Assembly: GCF_004010195.1 (NCBI RefSeq)
Contig: NC_057751.1
Coordinates: 7,693,132 to 7,713,131, forward strand
Reading direction: 5' to 3'
Origin: Chiloscyllium plagiosum
Lineage: Eukaryota
DNA length: 20,000 bases
Shown here piece after piece: positions 10,610 to 19,997 of this stretch. Under the pieces are notes generated by a model. The model was given only the letters and a program-made list of their open reading frames with translations. It was not told the DNA's origin and did no database searches. The number at the start of each line of letters is the position of its first letter. Position 1 is the first letter of the stretch. Position numbers and translations under genes: made by a program.

Positions 10610-10895
10610 GCTCCGCAACATCACCTTCTCAAGAACAACTCGGAATGGACAATAAATACTGGCCTGCCAGCACTGCCCACATCCCATGAGGAAAGAGAAA
10701 AGGAATCCTGCAGGCTGTCTCCCCAAAAGCCTGTCCACCATCTGCAAGGCATAAGTCAGGAGTATGATGAGACACTTCCTACAGTGCCTGGATAAGTGCA
10801 GCTCCAGCAACACTCAAGGAGCTTGACACCATCTAGGACAAAGAAGACACTTTGAAAACCATGTCCAAAAATGTCCAGTTCCTCCACCACCTTTA
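10610..10895 (+). mobile_element. L2/CR1-group LINE fragments (3' tail plus RT C-terminal piece)
   Basis: 10720-10850 encodes PKSLSTICKA*VRSMMRHFLQCLDKCSSS, with a frameshift into TLKELDTI*DK. The tail at 10620-10695 is shared with the SINE. Confidence 0.7.
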
Positions 10896-11283
10896 ATGAA
10901 CTCTTTAAACTTCATATTTTAGATCTTCCTTTTTTTGGATAAGACATGCTCTGGCCTTTCCAAAATAAAAACTTTGTACCTGCATTTATTCACGTGTTTC
11001 ATGTCACATTTCACAACTCCTATCACTTGCATTCAATAAGAGTGTGCAATCAGTTCCTTAGTTTTTGCGAGTGCTTTGCTTTAAATGAAGCATGTAATTT
11101 TTATGTGCAGACAAGAATTAAACTCATTGTTACAGGTAACCAATAGGTGGGTGCAGAGAGGGGGAGTTGGGGTGACATTAAGAAGGGAAGATTTGGTTCA
11201 CCCTTGCTGGAAAATCTCAGCAAAGCCTCCCAAATTCCCATGAGGTGATTCCGCAGAAACCATCATTTTGCTGAATGACTCAC

Positions 11284-11528
11284 GTATGATAATCACCCAA
11301 CATGTAATGAACTCCATTGTCCAGTGATCTGCACCTCAATAAAGGGGCAGCACCTTTGGGACAGGTGCAGATTACAATGTGAACCACTCATACCATGGAA
11401 ATGTGGTATATGAGCACTGGTTAACTCATGCGCGCTCATCAACAAACTGCTCCGTTCTGTGGTTAAACGTCTTGGACTGCAGCCCATGCATTCAATCAGG
11501 GTGGGAGTCATTCACCGCCTCATACACT
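11284..11528 (-). pseudogene. Pseudogene exon D (245 nt)
   Basis: ccttccatttgtccag|A GTG...CATAC|gtgagt; reads (R)VYEAVNDSHPD*MHGLQSKTFNHRTEQFVDERA*VNQCSYTTFPWYEWFTL*SAPVPKVLPLY*GADHWTMEFIT. Joining exon E in frame needs a 1-nt frameshift near 11302 (giving VG*LSY) or the weaker donor at 11296. Confidence 0.6.
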
Positions 11529-12454
11529 CTGGACAAATGGAAGGTGACGCTTAATTATCTCAAAGATTCAGAGTTGTCAGTTTCAGGAGGACATGCTCTC
11601 CGAAACACACAACAGTTCTTGGTTCCTTCTGTTTTGTTTACATCAATACCATCAGAGCTCTGCTGAGCTTCCCTCCCTCCTGACACAATGCAAGTACTTC
11701 ATGCTGCACAGTCCTTTGCCACTCTGCGTTCAATGTGGTCAAATTGAGATTCATGAACCTGTCTTCTCCTCCAACCCTTGCTTGCTTGGGGCTCTGAAGC
11801 TGTGAAGCCCCTCATTTATCTGTCAATACCATCTGTCCACAGCCCACAGTCTTTCAAAAACAAAACTGCATGGCTTGTCTCATCATCCCTCGTCAGGAAA
11901 GATGAGCAGAAAATTCTGCTCACTGCTAATAAGGCAGTACTGAGGGGTGTGCTGCACTGACAGACAATGGGACTCTCAATTGAATCCAGGGCTCTCTGTC
12001 TAATTGTGAGCCAAATAACCCAGAGGCCTGGAGTAATGACAGTGACATACAACATCAAATTCCTAGAGAAATTCCTGAGAAAGTTAAATTCAGTTCATTA
12101 AATAAACCTGGAGTAAAATTAACACCTGCAACGACCAGATTGCTCCAAACCTATTTTATAGTTGACCGCAGGTCAAAGTCTTTCAGTTGCACAAAGCCCC
12201 ACCCCAGTTGGTCTGATTTGGCTGGGAATGAATAAATACTGATTATTCTCATGGATAATTATCAGTGATCACTTGCAATGTAGGCAATGCATTGAGACAT
12301 AAAGGGGATCCCAAATGCGTATCTTTTAGACTACGCCTGATCTCCAACAATGTGCAAGGTCAGACCAGAAAGTCTCTATTCATCAAGAATACAATCAGGC
12401 AGGTACCATGGCACCAACTTCAAGTTTCACAGTGACTGGGTCAAAGCCACACAG

Positions 12455-13850
12455 TCAGAGACACGTATGGCATGGAAAGAGACCCTTCGGTCCAACTCGT
12501 CCATGCTGACCAGGTATCCTAAATTCATGTAATCCCATTTGCCAGCATTTGGCCCATATCCCTCTAAACCCTTGCTATTCATATACCCATCCAAATGACT
12601 TTTAAATATTGTAATTGTACCAGCCTCCACCACTTCCTCTGGCAGCTCATTCCATACACAATAGACAATAGATGCAGGAGTAGGCCATTCTGCCCTTCGA
12701 GCCTGCACCACCATTCATTATGATCATGGCTGATCATCCCCAATCAGTATCCTGTTCCTGCCTTAGCTCCATAACCCTTGATTCCACTATCCTTGAGAGC
12801 TCTATCCAACTCTTTCTTAAATGAATCCAGAAACTGGGCCTCCGCTCCCTTCTGGGGCAGAGCATTCCACACACCCACCACTCTCTGGGTGAAGAAGTTA
12901 ATCCTCATCTCTGTCCTAAATGGCCTACCCCTTATTTTTAAGCTGTGTCCTTTGGTTTGGGACTCAGCCATCAGCGGAAACATGTTTCCTGTCTCCAGAG
13001 TGTCCAATCCTTTAATAATCTTATACGTCTCAATCAGATCCCCTCTCAGTCTTCTAAACTCAAGGGTATACAAGCCCAGTTGCTACAATCTTTCAACATA
13101 AGATAGCTCCGCCATTCCAGGAATTGACCTCTTGAACCTACCCTGCACTCCTCCAATAGCCAGAATGTCTTTCCTCAAATTTGGAGACCAGAACTGCACA
13201 CAATAGTCCAGATGCAGTCTCATCAGGGCCCTGTACAGCTGCAGAAGAACCTCTTCGCTTCTATACTCAATCCCTCTTGTTATGAAGGCCAGCATGCTAT
13301 TAGCTTTCTTGCCCTCTGCATGAACAAGTTGCCCCTTAGGTCCCTTTTAAATCTTTCCCCTCTCATCTCAAACCTAGTTTTGGACCCCCCTATCCTGGGG
13401 AAAAAAGACCTTGACTATTCATCTTTTCCATGCCCCTCATGATTTTATAAACCTCAACAAAGTCACCCTTTAGCCTCTGCACTCCAGGGAAAACAGCCCC
13501 AACCTATTCAGCCTCTTCCTATAGCTCAAAACCTCCAACCCTGGCAACATTCTTGTAAATCTTTTCTGAACCCTTTCAGGTTTCACAACATCCTTCCGAT
13601 AGGAAGGAGACCAGAATTGAATGCAGCATGCCAAAAATGGCCTAACAAATGTTTTGTACAGCCGCAATATGACCTCCCAACTCCTGTACTCGCTGCTCTG
13701 ACCAATAAACGCAAGTGTCCAAATGTCTTCTTCACTGTCCTGTCTACCTGTGAATGAACCTGCATTCCAAGCTCTCTTTGTTCAGCAACACTCCCCAGGA
13801 AGTCTACCATTAAGTGTATAAGTCCTGCCCAGATACGCCTTCCAAAAAGA
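12455..13850 (-). mobile_element. CR1 LINE 3' portion (outer: 12455-12657 and 13311-13850)
   Basis: ORFs 13470-13667 (LYKTFVRPFLACCIQFWSPSYRKDVVKPERVQKRFTRMLPGL) and 12427-12714 (WNELPEEVVEAGTITIFKSHLD) are consecutive CR1 ORF2 C-terminal segments. Confidence 0.9.
12658..13310 (-). mobile_element. Second CR1 family nested inside the first
   Basis: ORFs 13083-13295 and 12744-13073 (LYRALMRLHLDYCVQFWSP; LEFRRLRGDLIETYKIIKG; WNALPQK). It has its own 3' tail (CTATTGT)2 at 12658-12670. The outer element resumes at 13311. Confidence 0.9.
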
Positions 13851-13851
13851 G

Positions 13852-14011
13852 AGCACTGCAAACCATTTCCTAACAGCACTGGGATAGATTGATGAGACCA
13901 CAAGGATTGTAGTGTTTCAACAAGACACCCAAACTGGGTCTTCAAGGACATTCTAGGAGGGACAACCAATGCTGGATTTGCCCATATCCCATCAATGAAT
14001 ACAAAAAAAAA
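13852..14011 (+). mobile_element. LINE/SINE-shared 3' tail fragment
   Basis: TTCAAGGACATTCTAGGAGGGACAACCAATGCTGG...CCCATATCCCATCAATGAATACAAAAAAAAA matches the tail at 6668-6740. Confidence 0.65.
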
Positions 14012-14057
14012 TGAACTTGCCACTTCTCAAGAATCCAACTTCCACAATACCCAACAC

Positions 14058-14246
14058 CTGGCATGCAAGGCCACAATATTGCTCCTGGCCCCTCAGAGAG
14101 GTAAATCACGAGTAATTCTTCCAGCTGAGCTTGAATAAATTTCTCTGAGGACAATGACTTTTTCTGGTTTGATTTCTGCACCAAGTAAATGAGCGTTGCA
14201 TGTGTCACGACCTATTTTGGTGAAATATTTTGCATCAGGTCGAAAT
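14058..14246 (-). pseudogene. Pseudogene exon C (189 nt, phase 2 to 2)
   Basis: cctactccactcactgtag|A TTT CGA...GCC AG|gtgttg; reads FRPDAKYFTKIGRDTCNAHLLGAEIKPEKVIVLREIYSSSAGRITRDLPL*GARSNIVALHA(R). One TGA; weak donor. Confidence 0.6.
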
Positions 14247-14611
14247 CTACAGTGAGTGGAGTAGGATGGGAACCAATTTAAGAATGACCTCATAACGTTG
14301 GACTCCAAAGGGCAGGAATTATTCCTTACAGCGCATTTGAGGCAAAAACATTTCTATCTGCTGGTCTCTTACACAAGTCAAAATCCTTCAAATGTATTCA
14401 TTGAAGGAGTTACGTCTCAGCTTTATATTGGCAAGTTAAGATATAGTTTACTGTCTTGCACCAGTACTAATTTTCACACAACAAGCCTGTCTGTCAGATC
14501 AAGACGATACAATAGCTCTATAAAGGATTTTACAGTGCAGTCAATCAAACAGCAAGCTGGTTCTGTGTTCTAATAATATATTGCAATTTTGCACGACACA
14601 ACTTTCATTAC

Positions 14612-14771
14612 CAGAGCTCATCTCAGTGTTCCATGTAAATAGAGAATGTACCAACAGTGTCATCTAAATGATAACCAGGACTCAAAGTAGATTCATCACA
14701 ATAACGTGGTGTGCAGGATGCAGGAACATCCCCCGAGGATTTGAGTTAAGAAATTGACAGTTTCCATTCCA
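14612..14771 (-). pseudogene. Pseudogene exon B (160 nt, phase 1 to 2)
   Basis: tttctccttttctcatcaacctttcaag|TG GAA...CTC TG|gtaatg; reads (L)EWKLSIS*LKSSGDVPASCTPRYCDESTLSPGYHLDDTVGTFSIYMEH*DEL. The junction codon with exon C is TG+A. Confidence 0.62.
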
Positions 14772-14859
14772 CTTGAAAGGTTGATGAGAAAAGGAGAAAT
14801 GGTCTCTAGTGTGTTGAAATAAATATAAGCTGAATGTCCCACATAAATCAGGGTCAGAT

Positions 14860-15158
14860 AGAACAAGAAGGGATGAGAGACACAGTGAGACAGAGGCCAA
14901 TATAGAAAGGGAACAGGTAGATGGAAAAGCTGTAAGTTACAGAGTGAGAGTGGGAGAGAGCTAGAGAGAGAAAGAGAAAGAGAGAGAGAGAGCAAGTGAC
15001 AGAGGGAGACAGCGAGATAGAGAGTACGAGAGAACAAGAATGGGCAGAGACTGGTGGAGTGTAACAGAGACAGAGAATTATTGGAGACAATAGGAGGAGA
15101 CAGACAAAATAAGAGAAAAAAGACAGCTGGAGACAGACAGAGAAAGAGACAGAGAGAC

Positions 15159-15189
<31 letters not shown>

Positions 15190-15257
15190 TGGGAGGAAAA
15201 ATATGACAAGAGAAAAGCAAGATAGAGATCGAGAAAAGCAAGATAGAAAGAAAGAGG
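14860..15257 (+). repeat. GA-rich polypurine low-complexity tract with (GA)n and (GACAGA)n microsatellites
   Basis: About 400 bp strongly purine-biased; pure (GA)n at ~15164-15189. Confidence 0.9.
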
Positions 15258-15929
15258 CACTTCAGGCGGATCAGCTTGGAAAGTAATTATGCCTCTGTGG
15301 TTCTGAGGGCATTAAATAAAGCAGAGAATCCAGCTGTCAATCAACACAAGAGAAAGCAGCTTCTCCATGATACAAGCACATTGGAATTATTGAATAGTGT
15401 TGGCAAGAGCTAGAGCAATATAAAGAGAAATGACACCAAATGCAAGTGGTTACTTCTATTCTCTGAGAGGTAAAAAAGAATCATTTAAAGTATCTGTCAA
15501 TAGACAGCATGATCTTGGTTTGTGCACTGACATTAAACTCAAGGCTGCTTCCTGGGCAACGGTCAGAAAACAATGTAAAATTATGGGTTACATTAATTCT
15601 CAGTAAGCTTTGAGTGTGGGAGGAGGGGTAAACAACCTCCTCAGCTGTGGAATTTGATACTCATTCACACAAAGAATAAAGGCCAAGGAATTTCTTTCGC
15701 ACATTAAAATGGGCGCAGACATTGATTTCAGCTCCTCAGTGCAGAATTTTCAATAACATGAAAATCAGTTTCTGTGCATCAGGTAAATGACAACAGCAAG
15801 GTGAAAAATGAATAGTCCGAGGAGAGACACAACAGACCAAGTAAAGCTCCCTCCACATTGTCCCCATCAAACATTCCCAAGGACAGCTGCAGCAAGGGGT
15901 TTGTTACAGAATAAAGCAGCCTCTACACC

Positions 15930-16280
15930 AGTTTCCCCTCCCCCCCACTTTATCCAAGTCCCAAGCCTCCAACTCGACACCGCCCTCTTGAACTGTCCAT
16001 CATCTTTCCCATCTAACCCCTCCACCCTCCTCTCCGACCTATCATCTTCACCCCCATCTTCATCTACCTATCACTTTCCCAGCCACCTTCCCTCACCCCA
16101 GCCCCACCTCCCTCCCATTTTCCTCTCAGTCCCCTTGGCCCACAAGCCTCATTCCTGAGTGAGGGGCTGATGCCCGAAACGTCGATTCTCCTGCTCCTCG
16201 GATGCTGCCTGACTGGCTGTACTTTTCCAGCACCACATTCTTTGACTCTGATCCCCAGCGTCTGCAGTCCTCACTTTCTC
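15930..16280 (+). mobile_element. Penelope-like element 3' end / pseudo-LTR
   Basis: C-rich segment, then a hammerhead core, then CTCCTGCTCCTCGGATGCTGCCTGAC...TCTGCAGTCCTCACTTT; reverse-complement homologue of 4363-4570. Confidence 0.75.
16152..16187 (+). ncRNA. Minimal hammerhead ribozyme motif
   Basis: CUGAGUGA (one extra nt)-G-GGGC-UGAU-GCCC-GAAACGUC; the ACGU palindrome and GUC cleavage triplet are intact. Confidence 0.65.
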
Positions 16281-16325
16281 CTATCTCTCTACACTGTCTC
16301 CAACAAACATTTACAGGGCAGGTGC

Positions 16326-16464
16326 AGTTCTGATGAAGGGTCACTGGACCTGAGACATTAACTCTGCTTACTCTCCACAGATGATGCCAGACCCGTTGCT
16401 TTTTCCAACAATTTCTGATTCAGTTGCTGATTTTCAGCATCCATGGTTTTTTTTGGTTTCTGTT
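16326..16464 (+). mobile_element. Older PLE-type 3' end with a decayed hammerhead (16326-16363)
   Basis: AGUU-CUGAUGA-AGGGUC-ACUG-GACCU-GAGACAUU-AACU; stem I AGUU/AACU and stem II GGUC/GACC are retained, the GAAA box is mutated. Confidence 0.6.
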
Positions 16465-16740
16465 CAGGTACAGCAGGGGGTGAGATAAAGAGTAAAGCTG
16501 TCTCTACATTGTCACCAACAAACACTCTCAGGACAGGGCCAGCACTTGGTTAGATACGTGTAAAGCTGCCTCTGCACTATCCACAACAAACACTCCCTTG
16601 GACAGCTCTAGCAAGGGGTTAGATGCAGAGTAAAGCTGCCTCTACGCTGTCCCCAATAAACACTCCCAAGACAAGGACAGCACATCCTGGAACACCCTCT
16701 CTTTCATTTCAGTCTTGAATAGGCTGCTTCTTTGTAGATT

Positions 16741-16925
16741 GTTAAAAATCACGCAACACCAGGTCACAGTCCAACAGATTCATTTGGAAGTACTAGCTTT
16801 CACAGCACTGCTCCTTCATCAGGTAATTAGTGGGTCAAGGTCATAAGACACAGAAATTATAGCAAAAGATCATAGTGCCATGCAATTAAAATGATATATT
16901 TAACAAACTTCTGTTTAACCTCTTT
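16741..16925 (-). mobile_element. Truncated PLE pseudo-LTR (same family as 19201-19606) with a hammerhead at 16791-16825
   Basis: Aligns with 19201-19390. Minus strand UAC-CUGAUGA-A-GGAGC-AGU-GCUGU-GAAAGCUA-GUA. Confidence 0.8.
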
Positions 16926-17058
16926 GTATGGTAACAGGGTTTCAACTGGCCTCCAGAAGAGCCAGTAAGGAAAATGATCAATGAATGAATGAATTACAGG
17001 CAAGGTTTGGAACTTAATTTCATTTGCTACAGTCTGCAGGCTCACGGAGCTGACATAC

Positions 17059-17202
17059 AGTTTGTACTCCCAATATTAGAAAGTGTTTGCAAATAAACCT
17101 CCACTGTATGTAAGACAGTTCTCCGTGCTATTGATCAGCTGAACAAAGCCACCGCATTATGATCTTTGGGCTGTGGAAGTTCAGTGATGGCTTTGAAATC
17201 AG
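17059..17202 (-). pseudogene. Pseudogene exon A (144 nt, phase 1 to 1); the most 5' exon found in the window
   Basis: tttttgttcttgtccctctttgtaaattccttcaag|CT GAT...AAC T|gtatgt; reads DFKAITELPQPKDHNAVALFS*SIARRTVLHTVEVYLQTLSNIGSTN. One TGA. Confidence 0.65.
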
Positions 17203-17249
17203 CTTGAAGGAATTTACAAAGAGGGACAAGAACAAAAAGGTAACAACTT

Positions 17250-17500
17250 AAAAGACTAGAACCTGACAGGGAATCTTGATTGTAATGACAGATTGCACAG
17301 GGTAGATATAAAAAGATGCAATCCCCTGCTTGGTGGGAGGAGGCAAATTAAGAAATAAGATAAATGTGGAGACAATTCTTCACTCGAAGAAGTGTGGAAT
17401 GTAAAACTCAAGAGCATAGAGATCAGTAGTGTGGAAGTAACGTGACACTGAACCAACATAGACACGCATGTCGGTCCAATAGCCTGATTTATTGTTCAGA
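17250..17500 (+). mobile_element. Highly decayed CR1 3' fragment
   Basis: CAGGGTAGATATAAAAAGATG...TTCTTCACTCGAAGAAGTGTGGAAT...GGTCCAATAGCCTG follows the order of a CR1 3' end. Confidence 0.45.
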
Positions 17501-17664
17501 GACAATCTGAAAATGATTTGAAGTGAAATTCTGCAAGACCTGTCATTTTTACACTGCCAAGGATGAATACATTACAGTTGAACACAGGATCAGATCAATA
17601 AAGTCTGTCTGGGAAGAGAAAGACGAACCTCGCACAGTAGAGCAGAATGTTTACAAGTTGATGC

Positions 17665-18555
17665 AATGTGTGTGTTACTGGCTGGGCCAGTATTTGTAGT
17701 CATACCAAACTGCCCTTGAGAGGGTGTTGGTGAGTTGTTTTCTTGAACTGCTGCAGTCCACCTTATGCACGGACACCTGCAATGTTGCTCCGAAAGGATT
17801 TCCAAGATTTTAGCCTCCAAGCAGTGAAGGGATGGCAACGTACTCTGGGGAACTCCAAGAGATGGTGGTGTTCTTTTCATTTGTTTCCTCTGTCTTCCTG
17901 ACAGGGAGGTTTGAAGGGTGCTACTGAATGACTCTTGATAAGGTTGCCACAGATCATCTTATCGGCAGCATATGCTGGGGGTGGGAGTGAATACTCACAC
18001 TTTTGGATGGAGTGCCAATCAAGCAGATTGCTTAATGGTCCTGAATCATGTTGAACTGTTTGACTGTTGCCAAAGCTACACTCACCCAGGCAAGTGGAGA
18101 GAGTTACCTCATGCTTCCTCCTTGTGCCTTCTGAATGGTGAACAAACTTTAGATTGTCTCAAGGTGAATTAATTGGCATAGGATTCCCAGTCTCTGACCT
18201 GCTCCTGTGATCACAATTTATATGGCTGGTGGAGTTCAGTTTCTACTCAGTGGTAGCCTCAGTGTGTTGATTGGAGAGGATTCAGCGATGGCAATGCTAT
18301 TGAACATCAAGGTGTGAGACTTGGATGCTCCTTGTTGCAGATGATCACTGCCTGGCACTTGTGTGGCGTGCATGTCTCTTGATGCTGATCTGGACACTAT
18401 CCTCGTCTTGATGAATATGGGCATAAATGTTTCAGAATCAGGCAAGTTGCAAGTGACACTGAACAATGAGCAATTACCAGCCAATATCACCACTTGTGAT
18501 CTGATGAGTGTGGGAGGGTCGTCGGTGAAAACAGCTGAACATGGTTGTGCTGAAG
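17665..18555 (-). mobile_element. Decayed L2/CR1-group LINE 3' portion (probable partner of the tRNA-SINE)
   Basis: The SINE-shared tail is reversed at 17665-17720; 18040-18170 is the reverse homologue of 10720-10850. Confidence 0.7.
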
Positions 18556-18559
18556 ACAC

Positions 18560-19200
18560 TAAGAGACATACAGCACGGAGACAGGCTCTTTGGCCCAAGT
18601 CATCCATGCTGACCAGGTTTCCTAAACTAAACTGGTCTCACTTGACAGCATTTGGCTCATATACCTCTATATCTTTCCGATACAAGGACCCGTCCAATTG
18701 TCTTATAGATCTTGCAAGTGCACCTGCTGCTTCTAGTTCCTTTGGCTTCTACATACACACATCACCCTCTGTGTGAAAAAGTTGCCCCTCAGGTCCCTTT
18801 TAAATATTTGCTCCGCACCTTAAACCAATGCCCTCTACTTTTGGGCTCGCCCTATCCTGAGAGAAAGAATATGGCAATGCACCTTAGCTGTGACCCTCTG
18901 TAAGATCATCGCTCAGCTTCCTACTCTCCAGGGGAAAAGAATCCCAGCCTATCTAGCTTCTTCTTATAGCTTTACCCTTCCAGTCTCGGTAACATCTTTG
19001 TAAATCATTTCTGCACCTTTCCAGTTTAATACCATCCTTCCTGTAGCAAGGAGATCACAATTGCATGCAGTTCTCTAACTGTGGCCTCACCAATGTCTCG
19101 TACAGCTGTAACATGAAGTCTCAACTCCTGTACTCAAATGCTCTGACTGATGAAGGCAAGCATGCCAAATGCCTTCTTCTTTACTCTGTCTTCCTGTGAT
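18560..19200 (-). mobile_element. CR1 LINE 3' portion
   Basis: Collinear with the outer element at 12455-13850 (CATCCATGCTGACCAGG, CCCTCTGTGTGAAAAAGTTGCCCCTCAGG, CAACTCCTGTACTC). Confidence 0.88.
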
Positions 19201-19250
19201 GTTAAAAATCACACAACACCAGGTTATAGTCCAACAGGTTTAATTGGAAG

Positions 19251-19287
19251 CACGCTAGCTTTCGGAGCGATTTTCCTTCATCAGGTG
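19251..19287 (-). ncRNA. Minimal hammerhead ribozyme motif (AGCU-palindrome variant)
   Basis: CAC-CUGAUGA-A-GGA-AAAUCGC-UCC-GAAAGCUA-GCGUG; both catalytic boxes intact, CUA cleavage triplet. Confidence 0.75.
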
Positions 19288-19902
19288 ATAGTGGAGGGCT
19301 CGATCGTAACACAGAATTTATAGCAAAAATTTACAGTGTGATGTAACTGAAATTATACATTGAAAAATTGATTGTCTGTTAAGCCTTTCATCTGTTAGAA
19401 TGCTGTGATAGTTTCACTTCTTTCATGTGTAAATCACAAAACCTTTTTTTAAAAGTTGCATTCTCGGGTTAGCTGTTAACAATGGTGATAGCTAGGCAAT
19501 ATGTCGAAGGTGTTGGCCCCCTGTGTTCTCTGTCTATGCCATGATGTTTAGATTGATTCTAATCTAAAAAGTGAGATAACAGAGTGTTGCATAAATTCAT
19601 GCAGTTTTGAGCTGTACCATGCCTCCGGGCATCCGGGAAACCGAGCAAAGGCTACGACAAAGGATGAATGGGCACCACACAACAATCAACAGACAGGAGG
19701 CTTCCCTCCCAATTGGGGAACACTTCAGTGGTCCAGGACATTCAGCCTCGGACCTTCGGGTGACCATCCTCCAAGGTGGACTTCAGGACAGGCAGCAGGG
19801 AAAAGTGGCCGAGCAGAGGCTGATAGCTAAGTTCGGTATCAATAGGGAGGGCCTCAACCGGGACCTTGGGTTCATGTCACATTACAGGTGACCACCATTG
19901 CA

Positions 19903-19997
19903 CTACACACACACACAGATAATCCTACACACACACACTCTTACATACACACAGACACAGGTACACACAGACGCGCACACAGACACCCACACACACC
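19903..19997 (+). repeat. Imperfect (CA)n microsatellite within the PLE 3' region
   Basis: Directly visible CA repeats. Confidence 0.9.

Larger units (their letters stand above)
15826..16685 (+). repeat. ~68-bp minisatellite array 2, split by two PLE-end insertions
   Basis: Units at 15826-15928, 16287-16327 and ~3 units at 16465-16685 (GTAAAGCTGCCTCTACACTGTCCCCAATAAACACTCCCAAGACA). Confidence 0.88.

Noticed and set aside
11379..11666. Plus-strand 95-aa ORF
   Set aside because: It is in the same codon register as minus-strand exon D, so most likely an antisense shadow; no recognisable domain.
14696..15241. Longest ORF in the track (181 aa, Leu/Ser-rich)
   Set aside because: A translation artefact of the (CT)n low-complexity tract.
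6967..17202. Multi-selenocysteine selenoprotein
   Set aside because: Three TAA stops, a probable frameshift, a MITE insertion and no identified SECIS; the TGA contexts fit Arg CGA decay.
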